Under the pieces are notes generated by a model. The model did no database searches. It saw only the letters and a program-made list of their open reading frames with translations, and had not been told where the DNA came from. The position numbers and the translations under genes are program-made. A DNA stretch of 64,000 bases, taken from Limisphaerales bacterium (GTDB lineage Bacteria > Verrucomicrobiota > Verrucomicrobiia > Limisphaerales > JAYTXL01). Positions 9,654 to 19,313 of this stretch are shown here, one piece after another; within the stretch, counting starts at the first letter, position 1, and each line of letters opens with the position of its first letter. The DNA is taken from positions 44,013-108,012 of the forward strand of contig JBKJSC010000097.1 of assembly GCA_046593035.1 (NCBI GenBank). Reading direction: 5' to 3'.

Positions 9654-10406
9654 ATGAAAACACTCACACAACTCACGATGGCCGGTGCGCTCGGCGTAGC
9701 GCTGCTGGCCAATTCAGTCAGCGCCCAAGCTCCGCCCGACGGCAAACGCCCCGGCGGCAATCGTCCCGACGGTGCGCCTCCGGGAGGCGGTCAGCCCGGC
9801 GGTTTCCGTGGCGGCCCCGGTGGTCCCGGTGGTCCCGGCGGCGGAGATCAAGTGCTCCGCGAACTCAACTTGACGGACGCGCAACAGGGCAAGGTGGACG
9901 CGCTCCGGCAGGCGCAGCAGGAAAGGATGAAGGCGTTAAACGACGACTTCACAGCGAAATTGAAAGGCATCCTCAACGAGGAGCAATTCAAGAAATACAG
10001 CGAGGCTCAAAGCCGGGGCGGACGTCAGGGCGGCCCGGGCGGCCAAGGTGGTCCCGGTGGACCGGGCGGACAGCGCGGCGGCTTCAATCCCTTGGAACAA
10101 ATCGCCAAGGATCTCAACCTGACCGCTGAACAGCAGCCGAAGTTCGACGCGGCTCGCCAATCCATGATGGAAAAGAGCCAGGCGCTCTTCCAAAAAGTTC
10201 AGTCGGGCGAACTCGACCGTGAAAGCATGAGGGGCGAAATGTCCAAGGTGCGGGACGGCCTGTTGAAGGAGTTGAAGGGCTTCCTGAACAACGAACAATA
10301 CCAGAAAGTCGATGAGGCCATGAAGCGCGGTCCCGGAGCGGGTGGCCCTCCCGGTGGTGGTCAACCCGGCGGCCAGCGCCCGGAAGGCAAGAAGCGCCCT
10401 GAGTAG
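9654..10406 (+). CDS. periplasmic LTXXQ-motif protein (Spy/CpxP family-like) with Gly/Pro-rich linkers, internally duplicated
   Basis: Track ORF 9309-10406 over-extends into the previous gene. The ATG at 9654 gives signal peptide MKTLTQLTMAGALGVALLANSVSAQA. There are two modules, LNLTDAQQGKVDAL... and LNLTAEQQPKFDAA..., each followed by L(N)xEQ(F/Y)xK and flanked by GGPGGPGG tracts. Confidence 0.75.
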   Translation: MKTLTQLTMAGALGVALLANSVSAQAPPDGKRPGGNRPDGAPPGGGQPGGFRGGPGGPGGPGGGDQVLRELNLTDAQQGKVDALRQAQQERMKALNDDFTAKLKGILNEEQFKKYSEAQSRGGRQGGPGGQGGPGGPGGQRGGFNPLEQIAKDLNLTAEQQPKFDAARQSMMEKSQALFQKVQSGELDRESMRGEMSKVRDGLLKELKGFLNNEQYQKVDEAMKRGPGAGGPPGGGQPGGQRPEGKKRPE

Positions 10407-10431
10407 GGTGTGCGGGAATGCGGTTTGCAAA

Positions 10432-10461
10432 TTCGAGCCGGGACGGAAGTCCCGGCTCGAA
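10432..10461. terminator. strong hairpin between convergent genes (probable intrinsic terminator)
   Basis: TTCGAGCCGGGAC-GGAA-GTCCCGGCTCGAA is a perfect 13-bp stem followed by ATGTTTTC on the + strand, 26 nt after the stop at 10406. Confidence 0.6.
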
Positions 10462-10505
10462 ATGTTTTCGGAGATGCCACCAAATAACTTCGACGCTGTA
10501 GCGCC

Positions 10506-10946
10506 CTACTCTCGCCTTCTTTTGGGCTGCGCTGCAAAGTGACCAATGGAGAAAATCCCATACGTCCATGACGTATCCCGACGCTCTTTGTATTCTGAAA
10601 ACCAAAGGATGCCATCACCAATCATAAGTCCTTGCCAGTTCTTGAAAAGCGGCTTCTTGGCATCATTAGTAATCTTCGCGCGAACGCTTTCGGTGAATTC
10701 TCGGGCGAGAATGGGAATGAACTCCTCTTTCGTTTTCACAATTCGCGTCCCGTTGCTCGCAACAAGTGAAAGCGGATAGACCATATGACCAGCAATCCAT
10801 GCCACGTCATTTTTGTGTACGGCATCCAGTATCTCGGCGAGGAACTTCTTGTCGGCATCGGTAACAGCATAGAAGTCGAAGGCGACCACGCTCAGAGGCC
10901 GTGAAAGCGCAAGCAAAACGAGAATCGTTCCGAGCACGGTATGCAT
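10506..10946 (-). CDS. hypothetical secreted protein (AT-richer orphan)
   Basis: Track ORF 10506-10973; the ATG at 10946 gives signal-like MHTVLGTILVLLALSRPLSVVA. Composition is visibly AT-richer than the flanks. No family recognised. Confidence 0.5.
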   Translation of the reverse strand: MHTVLGTILVLLALSRPLSVVAFDFYAVTDADKKFLAEILDAVHKNDVAWIAGHMVYPLSLVASNGTRIVKTKEEFIPILAREFTESVRAKITNDAKKPLFKNWQGLMIGDGILWFSEYKERRDTSWTYGIFSIGHFAAQPKRRRE

Positions 10947-11077
10947 AGAGCTATTTATTGATGTTAGTACCACCGGTCGAGTTTTGCACGCAGAAAATAA
11001 TTACGGAGCGGCCTCACAACAGCGATAATTACTGTTCGCCTTGGAACAGGTTTGCCAAGTTCCCACCGACATCGGGA

Positions 11078-11773
11078 TCAAGCCTCCGGTGTGAAGCCGA
11101 GCACCACGTCGAACTTGGCCGTGAGTTCCCCCACGCGCGAGCCTTTGAGCGGATTGAAATCCACCATGATGGAGGCGCGCGCTTTGGGATCGCTGATCCC
11201 GCGCAGTACTCCATCGCGATCATTTTGCGGATGGCCCTTGATGTAGCACTGCGTGGTGAGCATTTCCTTGCCGGTGCGTTTGATTTTGAAGTGAATGTGC
11301 GGCGTGCGGCCGGGATAGGGCACCGGCTTGATGGTGCGGAACAAATACTCGCCAGACGAACCGGTGAGGAAACGCCCGAAGCCCTGAAAGTTTTTGTCGC
11401 GTTTGTCGGCCTGGCCGGTTCGCGTGTGGTGGTAGGCGCCGTTATGGTCGCACTGCCAGATTTCCACCAGCGCGTTGCGAAGCGGTTCACCGCGCGCATC
11501 CAGAATGCGTCCGTTGAGCCAAGTGACTTCACCCACACCGGGCGTGAGGGTATCGTTGACGATGAGCAGGTCGTTGTCGGTGTCGAGCGGCAGTTTGTCC
11601 GGGTAGAACGGTCCTTCAGTTTGCGCCGGCGTGCGGACGAGTTCTTCGGCATAAGCTCCCGGCACGGCGAAGAGCGCGGTGCTCAGGCCAAGTTGCCAGA
11701 GAAAACGGCGACGGTCGGGCGATGCAATCGCAGGAGTGTGGGCCAGGTGTGTTTTTATTGGTGGAAGGGGCAT
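11078..11773 (-). CDS. intradiol ring-cleavage dioxygenase family protein (protocatechuate 3,4-dioxygenase beta-like), Tat signal
   Basis: The track ORF 11078-12271 is over-extended; its upstream part overlaps the opposite-strand NYN gene. The ATG at 11773 gives MPLPPIK...SPDRRRFLWQLGLSTALF (twin-arginine). The protein continues TEGPFYPD...GRILDARGEPL...VEIWQCDHNGAYHH...GRTPHIHFK. Confidence 0.8.
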   Translation of the reverse strand: MPLPPIKTHLAHTPAIASPDRRRFLWQLGLSTALFAVPGAYAEELVRTPAQTEGPFYPDKLPLDTDNDLLIVNDTLTPGVGEVTWLNGRILDARGEPLRNALVEIWQCDHNGAYHHTRTGQADKRDKNFQGFGRFLTGSSGEYLFRTIKPVPYPGRTPHIHFKIKRTGKEMLTTQCYIKGHPQNDRDGVLRGISDPKARASIMVDFNPLKGSRVGELTAKFDVVLGFTPEA

Positions 11774-11962
11774 GGCATTCCTGTTTCGTTGATTCAAAGA
11801 TTTCCGTTCACGCCGAGGGAAACACCGCGAAAAGATTCTGGTTTCGTTTTTTGACAGGAGCACGGTTTGCCTTTCACTCCGGGGAATTCCAAGGCGGGGA
11901 GTTTTTTGCGATTCCTGCTGTCCGACAGCCGGGCCGTGTAGTAGGCTCCGCTTAGTAAGAAT

Positions 11963-12772
11963 ATGAGCACCCACGATTCCGACGCGACCATGGCGGTTTT
12001 TCTCGACCTGGAAAACATCGCCCTTGGTGCCCACGACGCGCATTACCCGCCGTTTAGCATCCAAAAAGTTCTTGAGCGTCTCCTGCTCAAAGGACACATC
12101 GTCGTCAAGAAGGCCTACTGTGATTTCGACCGCTACAAGACTTTCAAGCGCGATCTGCACGAGGCCGCTTTCGAACTCATTGAGATTCCGCACCTGCGGA
12201 TGTCCGGCAAGAACTCCGCCGACATCCGCATGGTCGTGGATGCGCTCGACCTCTGCTACACGAAGGGCCACATGGACACCTTCGTCATCATCAGCGGCGA
12301 TTCGGATTTCTCGCCGTTGGTGAGCAAGCTGCGCGAGAACGCCAAGACAGTCATTGGCGTGGGTGTGAAGAACTCCACCTCCGACCTGTTCATCAGCAAC
12401 TGCGACGAGTTCATTTATTACGACGATCTAGTGCGGGTCGCGCCGTTGAAGGCGCAGCGTCGCCGGACGGCAAGCGCCTCCGCCCCGCCGAAAACCGCGG
12501 AGGGCGACAATACGGGGCCTTCGCTCGAAAAGGCGTTTGACCTCGTGGTGGAAACCTTCGAAGCGATCACCCAGGAACGGCAGGCAGACGAGCCGATCTG
12601 GGGTTCCATGATCAAGCAGGCGATCAAGCGGCGGAACCCCGGTTTCAACGAGCGCGCCTATGGATTCCGTTCCTTCAACGACCTGCTTCTAGAGGCGCAA
12701 AAGCGCGGCCTCCTGAAGCTGGAGGCGGATGAAAAGTCCGGCGGTTACACGGTCCGCGCCGTGGAGAGCTGA
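11963..12772 (+). CDS. NYN-domain (LabA-like PIN-fold nuclease) + C-terminal OST-HTH/LOTUS domain protein
   Basis: AVFLDLENI...KKAYCDF...GKNSADIRMVVDALDL...FVIISGDSDFSPLV...VIGVG (NYN), then ...WGSMIKQAIKRRNPGFNERAYGFRSFNDLLLEAQKRGLLKLE (LOTUS-like). Confidence 0.85.
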   Translation: MSTHDSDATMAVFLDLENIALGAHDAHYPPFSIQKVLERLLLKGHIVVKKAYCDFDRYKTFKRDLHEAAFELIEIPHLRMSGKNSADIRMVVDALDLCYTKGHMDTFVIISGDSDFSPLVSKLRENAKTVIGVGVKNSTSDLFISNCDEFIYYDDLVRVAPLKAQRRRTASASAPPKTAEGDNTGPSLEKAFDLVVETFEAITQERQADEPIWGSMIKQAIKRRNPGFNERAYGFRSFNDLLLEAQKRGLLKLEADEKSGGYTVRAVES

Positions 12773-12835
12773 GGAAACGACCGAGTTAAACGTTGGGCGA
12801 ATTGAACATTTTGTGAGCGTCACCGTCCAAAAACC

Positions 12836-13045
12836 ATGAAACGAAGAATTTCGGTCAAACCATTGGAAAGCGGTCAGGTCTGGCAATTGGGAGATTCCAA
12901 TCTACAAATCCAGTTGGTCGGCAAGCGGCTGGTGCATTACAAGCATTTCAAGGGCAAGAACCACCGCGCGCCCATTTCCCTTTCCGGCAAGGAGGCGTTG
13001 GAAAAATACCTGAAAGTGAACAAGGGGATTTTGGTTCAGGCATAA
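12836..13045 (+). CDS. hypothetical small basic protein (69 aa)
   Basis: ATG-initiated ORF in an AT-richer patch, bracketed by the 13-nt direct repeat GACCGAGTTAAAC (12779-12791 and 13256-13268). No family recognised. Confidence 0.35.
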   Translation: MKRRISVKPLESGQVWQLGDSNLQIQLVGKRLVHYKHFKGKNHRAPISLSGKEALEKYLKVNKGILVQA

Positions 13046-13309
13046 CCCTCGGTGTTACACGAGACGTTCGGTTCGCGGGAATCCCCCCTCGAAGTGGGTG
13101 CTCGCAGCTTCTGCCGTGACGTCACGGGGAATATCTGAACGGATAACGTGTCTCGCCCGATGGCCCTGACGCGGCCTGTGTCAAAGACCGGCTCTTGACA
13201 TTCCACCCCGGAATTCCACGCGCGTCTCCAGACTGTCCTAACTACCAGATCATGAGACCGAGTTAAACAGGAAAGTGGTTGACACTCCAAAGATAGAGGG
13301 AGTGTTAAC

Positions 13310-13752
13310 ATGAATGAACAAACAGTAGTAGAGAAGAAGAGGAAGAGCCCCCCGAGGGGGCTGGTGCCGAAAGAAAGTTGCGGCGCTTCACGGTGGATGA
13401 AAAGCTCAAGGCCGTCCGGCTGCACTTGGAGGAGGGCTTCAGCCTGGCGCTGGCCTCGGACGGCAAGGTCTCGTGGGGCTACAATGGCGACGGCGAATTG
13501 GGCGACAACTCGACCTCGGAAAGTCACGTTCCGGTGGCCGATCCAGACGATTTGGTGGTAAAAATCGAGGTGTATGTGGACAACGTGCTCATCGCCAGCA
13601 GCGTGGATCAGATCAATGGCTTCACCTCGCCTTCCAATCTTCTTATCACGCCACCGCAGGCACTCTCGGTCGGAGCGCATTCGGTCAAAGTGATTGTTTA
13701 CGACCAAAGCGGAATCACCGGTCAGGATATACAGATTCTGAACATGCCGTAG
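13310..13752 (+). pseudogene. composite gene debris: IS3-type transposase OrfA-like N-terminal fragment fused to an RCC1-repeat plus Ig-like C-terminal fragment
   Basis: Two frames are involved. MNEQTVVEKKRKSPP.. then ..RRFTVDEKLKAVRLHLEEGFS resembles the HTH of IS3 OrfA. LALASDGKVSWGYNGDGELGDNSTSESHVPV is an RCC1 repeat. The remainder is KIEVYVDNVLIASS...HSVKVIVYDQSGITG, the C-terminus of an adhesin-type Ig domain. No intact product is possible. Confidence 0.45.
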
Positions 13753-13979
13753 TCCGGCTTAAAATTACCCAACCGCTGTTTGGCGACCGACAGCAAATCC
13801 GTCTTGAGGCTTTGATGGAGGAGCTTGCTCTTGATCCGCAAACGGGCATAGTAGGTGCCCGATGGTACGTAGCGGATAAATTTGCGAACTGAGTTTTCTG
13901 CCATTCCTTCCCGGAACGGATGGCTGTTGACTGCTGATTTTGTGTTTCCGTACAGCCAGCATACAAAACTAGCATCCAA
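13722..13979 (-). pseudogene. tyrosine integrase N-terminal remnant next to tRNA-Arg
   Basis: ..VRKFIRYVPSGTYYARLRIKSKLLHQSLKTDLLSVAKQRLGNF resembles the N-terminal arm-binding region of PVC-type phage integrases. The ORF then stops after about 85 codons with no catalytic domain. It starts about 40 nt from the tRNA 5-prime end. Confidence 0.5.
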
Positions 13980-14017
13980 ATTTCAAAACACTCATTTTAC
14001 CCTGTAAATAAAGGGTC

Positions 14018-14093
14018 GCTCCCGTAGCTCAAATGGATAGAGCAGCGGTTTCCTAAACCGTTGATCCCGGTTCAATTCCGGGCGGGAGTACCA
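14018..14093 (+). tRNA. tRNA-Arg (anticodon CCT), CCA encoded
   Basis: Hand-folded cloverleaf. Acceptor GCTCCCG/CGGGAGT (G1-U72 wobble). D arm GCTC-AAATGGATA-GAGC. Anticodon arm GCGGT-TTCCTAA-ACCGT. Variable TGAT. T arm CCCGG-TTCAATT-CCGGG. Discriminator A plus CCA. Confidence 0.9.
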
Positions 14094-14117
14094 TTGGATT
14101 CGGCGGCTGGACTTCGA

Positions 14118-14528
14118 TTACTTGATTACAGCGGGGAATTTTATCCTACCCGCTGCGAGTCGTTCATCCTCTTTCAAGAGCCGTGAAGCCTCGGCTGACT
14201 GCCATCTCGGAATATACACCGCAAATCCAACGACATTTGAACCGTCCAAACCCGGAGAAATCCCGTGCTCTTTGAGAATACTAACTACGAGTCGATATGT
14301 CTCATCGCTCCGTGACCAAATAAACGCAACGACAACAGCATCGAATTCCGCCACTGTGTTAGTGTTTCCCACATCCGAAGCAATTGCCGAAGCAGGAGCT
14401 TGTCTCTCATTACTTCCGGTACGTGTCAGGTGCGCACGCTGATGATTGGGGCTGGAGCATCCCCCCGCTGTTACACATACAATCAGTAGGACCGCTCTTA
14501 CGCATAGACGGGTGCGTTTTAAGTTCAT
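14118..14528 (-). CDS. hypothetical lipoprotein (AT-richer orphan)
   Basis: MNLKRTRLCVRAVLLIVCVTAGGC lipobox. No family recognised. Confidence 0.5.
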   Translation of the reverse strand: MNLKRTRLCVRAVLLIVCVTAGGCSSPNHQRAHLTRTGSNERQAPASAIASDVGNTNTVAEFDAVVVAFIWSRSDETYRLVVSILKEHGISPGLDGSNVVGFAVYIPRWQSAEASRLLKEDERLAAGRIKFPAVIK

Positions 14529-14553
14529 AAAGCCCGCTAGACCCAGCTCACCA

Positions 14554-15993
14554 TCACGCCAAAAGTCCCTTCACCAGTTCGCCATGCACGTCGGTGAGCC
14601 GGAAGTCACGGCCCTGGAAACGATACGTCAACTTCGTATGATCAAACCCCAGCAGGTGCAGCAGGGTCGCATGCAGGTCGTGCACATGCACTTTGTCCCG
14701 CGTTGCGTTGAAGCCGAATTCATCCGACTCGCCCAGCGTGACACCCGGCTTCACTCCGCCGCCGGCCAGCCACATCGTGAAACAATTCGGATGATGATCG
14801 CGGCCATCGTTCCCGCCCTGCACCATCGGCGTGCGGCCGAATTCACCGCCCCAAATCACCAGCGTGTCGTCAAGCATCCCGCGTTGCTTGAGATCCCGGA
14901 TCAGCGCGGCGCTGGCCCGATCGGTCTTGCCGCACTGGTCTTTCAACCCGCTCACCAGCCCTCCGTGATGGTCCCAGGCCTCATGGAAAATCTGCACGAA
15001 ACGCACGCCCCGCTCCACCAACCGCCGCGCCAGCAGACAGCTGGTGGCGAAATTCGTTTTCCCCGGTTCCGCGCCGTACAGGTCGAGCGTTTCCTTGCTC
15101 TCCTTGGAAATGTCCATCAACTCTGGCGCGCTGGTCTGCATGCGGTACGCCATTTCAAACGAATTAATTCGCGTCGCGATTTCCGGGTCGCCGACCGCCG
15201 CCAGATGTTTTAGATTGAGCTCCTTGAGGGTGTCGAGCGACTCGCGCTGCACCTGCGCGTCCACGCCTTTCGGATTGGAAAGAAACAACACCGGGTCGCC
15301 CGTGTTGCGGAAGATGGTGCCTTGATGGAGGGACGGTAGAAAACCGCTGCCCCAATTCGACGCGCCGCCGCTGGTGCCTTTCGCACCGGTGCTGAACACC
15401 ACGTAAGCGGGCAGATCCTGGGATTCGCTGCCGAGTCCGTAGGTTGTCCACGCGCCGAAGCTCGGCCGGCCGAACTGCACGGAACCGGTGTTCATGAAGA
15501 TTTGCGCCGGTGCGTGGTTGAACGCGTCGGTGTGCATCGATTTCACAATCGCCAGTTCATCCGCCACGCCCGCGAGATGCGGCAACAATTCCGAAAGTTC
15601 CGCGCCACTCTGGCCGTGTCTGGCGAATTTGAACTTTGGCCCCAGCAACGTGGAGTTGGGATTGATGAACGCCGCGCGATAACCTTTGAGCAATTCCGCC
15701 GGGGGCAATTTGCCGTCCCACTTGGCGAGCTCCGGCTTGTTGTCAAACAATTCGAGGTGGCTCGGCGCGCCGGCCATGAAAAGGAAGATGACGCGCTTGG
15801 CCTTGGCGGCGAAGGGCGGCAACTTGGGCCCGAGCGAATTCAAACCCGCGCTAGGATCCGCCGCCAACACGTTGCCACCGTCCAGCAGTGAACGCAGCGC
15901 GACGGCCCCGAGGCCAACCCCGCATTGCTTGAAAAACCAGCGGCGGGTGATGTCCTGGCGATGTTCGTTTTGAAAATGTTCTCGCTTGGTCAT
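14554..15993 (-). CDS. DUF1501 domain protein (sulfatase/alkaline-phosphatase-like fold), Tat signal
   Basis: [19 protein letters not shown] twin-arginine signal. Hallmark blocks are [23 protein letters not shown] and GRDHHP. It is the usual partner of DUF1553 proteins. Confidence 0.9.
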   Translation of the reverse strand: MTKREHFQNEHRQDITRRWFFKQCGVGLGAVALRSLLDGGNVLAADPSAGLNSLGPKLPPFAAKAKRVIFLFMAGAPSHLELFDNKPELAKWDGKLPPAELLKGYRAAFINPNSTLLGPKFKFARHGQSGAELSELLPHLAGVADELAIVKSMHTDAFNHAPAQIFMNTGSVQFGRPSFGAWTTYGLGSESQDLPAYVVFSTGAKGTSGGASNWGSGFLPSLHQGTIFRNTGDPVLFLSNPKGVDAQVQRESLDTLKELNLKHLAAVGDPEIATRINSFEMAYRMQTSAPELMDISKESKETLDLYGAEPGKTNFATSCLLARRLVERGVRFVQIFHEAWDHHGGLVSGLKDQCGKTDRASAALIRDLKQRGMLDDTLVIWGGEFGRTPMVQGGNDGRDHHPNCFTMWLAGGGVKPGVTLGESDEFGFNATRDKVHVHDLHATLLHLLGFDHTKLTYRFQGRDFRLTDVHGELVKGLLA

Positions 15994-15997
15994 GGCG

Positions 15998-18900
15998 TCA
16001 TTCCTTGGTGATGGTTTCGTCGAGGTTCAATAACACCCGCGAGACAACGGTGTAAGCGGCGAGCTGGGTTGCAGTCACACCGGCGGGAAGATTCTGGGGA
16101 ACCTCGCTGGCACCGGTGGCAATCTCGTTGGCGTTGAGCGCGCCCGTGGCCAGGCGCTGCCGCTGTTTCTCCAGCAACGCGAGCAAAGCCCGCTGTTCGT
16201 CACCGCTCGGCGGACGAGAGAGCGCGCGGCGAAAAGCGTAGGTGATGCGATCGGCGTCCGTGGCGCCGCCTTCGGCGAGCGTCTTGCGCGCGAGGGATTG
16301 CGCGCACTCGACAAAGATCGGCTCGTTCAGTGACACGAGCGCCTGCAATGGCGAATTCGAGCGCAGCCGGCGGACGCACGACTGGTCGGCGTTGGGCACG
16401 TCGAAGGTCTGAAGCGCGGGATACGGTGTGGAACGGCGGCGGAACGTGTAGAGGCCACGGCGGTATTTTTCCAAACCCTCCTCATCTTTCCAGGGGAACG
16501 GCGCGTAACTGGCCGGCGGCTGGAAAAGAAACGCGGGCGCCGGCGGCATCACGCTGCGGCCGCCGACTTTTTCGTTGAGCAGCCCACTCGCCGCGAGCGC
16601 AATGTCCCGGACGATTTCGCCTTCGACGCGGAAACGCGGACCGCGCGCGAGCAGGCGGTTAAATGGATCTTTGGCGTAAGCCTCCGGCGTGACTTTGCTG
16701 TCCTGCCGGTAGGTCGCCGAATTAACAATGAGCCGGTGCACGTGCTTGATGCTCCAGCCGTGGTCCATGAATTCGGTCGCGAGCCAGTCCAACAACTCGG
16801 GATGACTCGGCGGTTCACTTTGGGTGCCGAAATCCTCCGACGTGCTGACGAGGCCGGTACCGAAATATTCCTGCCAAATGCGGTTCACAAACACGCGCGC
16901 GGTGGTCGGTGATTTTTTGTCCACCAGCCAGCGCGCGAAGGTGAGGCGGGTGAGTGGTGCGTTTTTCGGAAGGGCATGTAGGGCGGCGGGCACGCCGGGG
17001 ACGACCGCTTTGGTGGGCTTGAGCCAGTCGCCGCGTTTGAGCACCCGGGTGTCGCGCATTTCGTCACGGGTCAGCAACGTGAGCGCAGTCACGCCGGCGG
17101 GCCAGTCGTTCAGCAACGCGTCGATCTTCGCATTCGCCTCGCGCCACTCCGGCACCGTGGTGCGCCAGGAATTGAAAATCATGGCGGTCTGTGCGGACGT
17201 GCGCTTTTCGCGCGGGACGCTGGTCAGCAGGTCGCGGACTTTTTTGGGCAGTGGATCTGCGGTGATCGGCCCGGTGTTCGTCGTAACACTCAGGCGGAAG
17301 CGGCCCAGATTGTTGTTCATGTGATCGTCGCTGTTCCAGCCGCCGTGATTCTGCTGGAGGCCGATGCGCCACGCGGTGCCGCCCGCAAAGCCGACCGGTT
17401 TTTCCGCCACGAACACCGCCTTGCGTTCCTGATTGCGGCGGCCCGGACCCGCGTCGATGCCCCAAGCCGTGTCACCCTTGCCATCAATGGCGAAGGCGAT
17501 GGGACCGGTGGCGCGGTTGTTGGTGGATTTGTCGTAAAAATTCGCGGCCAAAAGCTGCTCGGCAGGGTTGATGTCCGCGCTGGCGCCGGCCCATTTCACG
17601 TTCACCTTGTTCTTTGGCTGCTGCGTGTCGGTGGCTTCCACCGAGAATTCGCTGAGCGCGCAGGTGCCCGTGAAGGATCGGCCCGGCCCGCCAAAAGGCA
17701 GGTTCGGATCGGTCAACAACTCGAGCCGGAACGCCGTCACTCCGCTGAGATTGTTGGTGATGCGAAACCATTGCGTGAACTTGGTCGGCGCATACCCCTC
17801 GGCCAGGAGCGAGCCGTCCTTGAGCGACTGGTAACGCTGCGATTTGTCACCTTCCTGATCGAGGCCGTGCAGCACGATCCACTCAGGCTGGCTCCGCGCG
17901 ACTTCCTGCTCCCAGGCCGCCATGCGTTTTTCCCAACCGGGCATCCGGCGTTTGAGATCCAGCTCCACCTCCGCGATGCCGCGATGGATTCCGCCAATTT
18001 TCCGCTGCTCATCCGGAGTGTACACCGCCGGACGCGCTTCATGGTCGCTGTTGATAAACGCGAACATCCGATAATATTCCTCCTGCGTCAGTGGATCGTA
18101 TTTGTGATTGTGGCATTGCGTGCATTGAATCGTGAGGCCCAGCACGGCTTTCCCAATCGCATCCATTCTGTCGAACATCGCGTCCATGCGGAACTGTTCC
18201 GGATCAATCGCCCCTTCCTGGTTGATCATCGAATTGCGGAGAAACCCAGTTGCCACAATTTGATCCTGCGTTGCTTTGGGAAGTGTGTCGCCAGCGAGTT
18301 GTTCGATGATGAACTGGTCGTACGGCAGATCCCGATTGAAGGCGTTGATCACGTAGTCGCGATAGAAATAAACCTGCCGCGACATGTCCTTTTCATAACC
18401 ATCACTGTCGGCGTAACGCGCCGCGTCCAGCCAGTGCCGGCCCCAACGTTCGCCGTAGTGCGGTGAGTCGAGCAACCGTTCGACCTGCTTCGCGTAGGCG
18501 TCCTTAGATTTGTCGGCAAGGAAGGCGTCCACCCCGGCAATGGTCGGGGGCAAGCCGATCAGGTCGAGCGAAAGTCGGCGAAGCAATGTGATTTTCTCCG
18601 CTTCGGAGGACGGCTTGAGGTTTTCCTTTTCCAATTTCGCGAGCACAAAATTATCAATCGGTGTGCGCGCCCACTTTTTGTCCTGCACGCGCGGCAGCTT
18701 CGGCTTCACCGGAGCTTTGAACGCCCATTCCGCCTTCGCGTCCCGACCCTGCGCGGTGGCACCTTCCGGCCAGACCGCGCCTTGATCGATCCACGCGCGG
18801 AGCAAACCGACCTGTTCTGCCGTGAGCGGGTCGCCCTTCTTGGGCATCTTCAAATCGGAATGGGCGTGCGCCACGGCCTGCACCAGCACGCTCGCCGCGC

Positions 18901-19189
18901 CTTTGCCCGGCACAATGGCCGCCGCGCCAAAAGTTTCCCCGCCCTTGAATGCGCGCGCCTTCTGGTCGAGGCGCAATGCCGACTCCTGTTTCTGCGGTCC
19001 GTGGCAACTGTAACAATGATCGGCGAAGATCGGCTGAATGTCTTTGGCGAAGTCAACGGTGCGCGCCGCCGGCGGCGGCAGTTTGGCGATGGCCACATCG
19101 GCGGCAGCGAGGGACTGGGAGAAATAAACGGAAACAACCGTCAACGCCATCAAGGAGACGATCCAGAAAAGGTCAGATTTTTTCATCAC
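15998..19189 (-). CDS. PSCyt1 + DUF1549 (PSCyt2) + DUF1553 (PSD1) giant protein
   Basis: 1063 aa. N-terminal CYSCHG heme motif, [19 protein letters not shown] (DUF1549), a central [11 protein letters not shown] block, and a DUF1553 C-terminus. There is a 4-nt gap to DUF1501. Confidence 0.9.
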   Translation of the reverse strand: MMKKSDLFWIVSLMALTVVSVYFSQSLAAADVAIAKLPPPAARTVDFAKDIQPIFADHCYSCHGPQKQESALRLDQKARAFKGGETFGAAAIVPGKGAASVLVQAVAHAHSDLKMPKKGDPLTAEQVGLLRAWIDQGAVWPEGATAQGRDAKAEWAFKAPVKPKLPRVQDKKWARTPIDNFVLAKLEKENLKPSSEAEKITLLRRLSLDLIGLPPTIAGVDAFLADKSKDAYAKQVERLLDSPHYGERWGRHWLDAARYADSDGYEKDMSRQVYFYRDYVINAFNRDLPYDQFIIEQLAGDTLPKATQDQIVATGFLRNSMINQEGAIDPEQFRMDAMFDRMDAIGKAVLGLTIQCTQCHNHKYDPLTQEEYYRMFAFINSDHEARPAVYTPDEQRKIGGIHRGIAEVELDLKRRMPGWEKRMAAWEQEVARSQPEWIVLHGLDQEGDKSQRYQSLKDGSLLAEGYAPTKFTQWFRITNNLSGVTAFRLELLTDPNLPFGGPGRSFTGTCALSEFSVEATDTQQPKNKVNVKWAGASADINPAEQLLAANFYDKSTNNRATGPIAFAIDGKGDTAWGIDAGPGRRNQERKAVFVAEKPVGFAGGTAWRIGLQQNHGGWNSDDHMNNNLGRFRLSVTTNTGPITADPLPKKVRDLLTSVPREKRTSAQTAMIFNSWRTTVPEWREANAKIDALLNDWPAGVTALTLLTRDEMRDTRVLKRGDWLKPTKAVVPGVPAALHALPKNAPLTRLTFARWLVDKKSPTTARVFVNRIWQEYFGTGLVSTSEDFGTQSEPPSHPELLDWLATEFMDHGWSIKHVHRLIVNSATYRQDSKVTPEAYAKDPFNRLLARGPRFRVEGEIVRDIALAASGLLNEKVGGRSVMPPAPAFLFQPPASYAPFPWKDEEGLEKYRRGLYTFRRRSTPYPALQTFDVPNADQSCVRRLRSNSPLQALVSLNEPIFVECAQSLARKTLAEGGATDADRITYAFRRALSRPPSGDEQRALLALLEKQRQRLATGALNANEIATGASEVPQNLPAGVTATQLAAYTVVSRVLLNLDETITKE

Positions 19190-19313
19190 TAGAAACAGGA
19201 TTTATCCAATTATTGCGCGACTCCGGCTCTCCGTCGATAGAGATTTTGTATCAATGGGTTTCATTCAGGTTTGACATCGCCCCGCTCGCAGTCTGTCCTT
19301 ACGGCTGTCCGTC

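Noticed and set aside
9730-10390. Repetitive GGTGGTCCCGG-type tracts that could look like a repeat array
   Set aside because: They are in-frame Gly/Pro linkers of the LTXXQ protein. There is no repeat-spacer periodicity and no cas genes, so this is not CRISPR.
11774-12271. 5-prime extension of track ORF 11078-12271. Analogous over-extensions occur at 9309-9653, 22543-22776, 27075-27182, 30824-31024, 39972-40112, 41179-41343, 41697-41846, 43256-43417, 45720-45803, 46763-46867 and 56277-56390.
   Set aside because: The extensions overlap neighbouring real genes or intergenic repeats and lack homology. Internal ATG codons give canonical N-termini (signal peptides, a Tat motif, or conserved family starts).
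13036-13707. 223-aa minus-strand ORF across the islet
   Set aside because: It runs antisense to the recognisable transposase, RCC1 and Ig fragments and has no motifs, so it is likely spurious.
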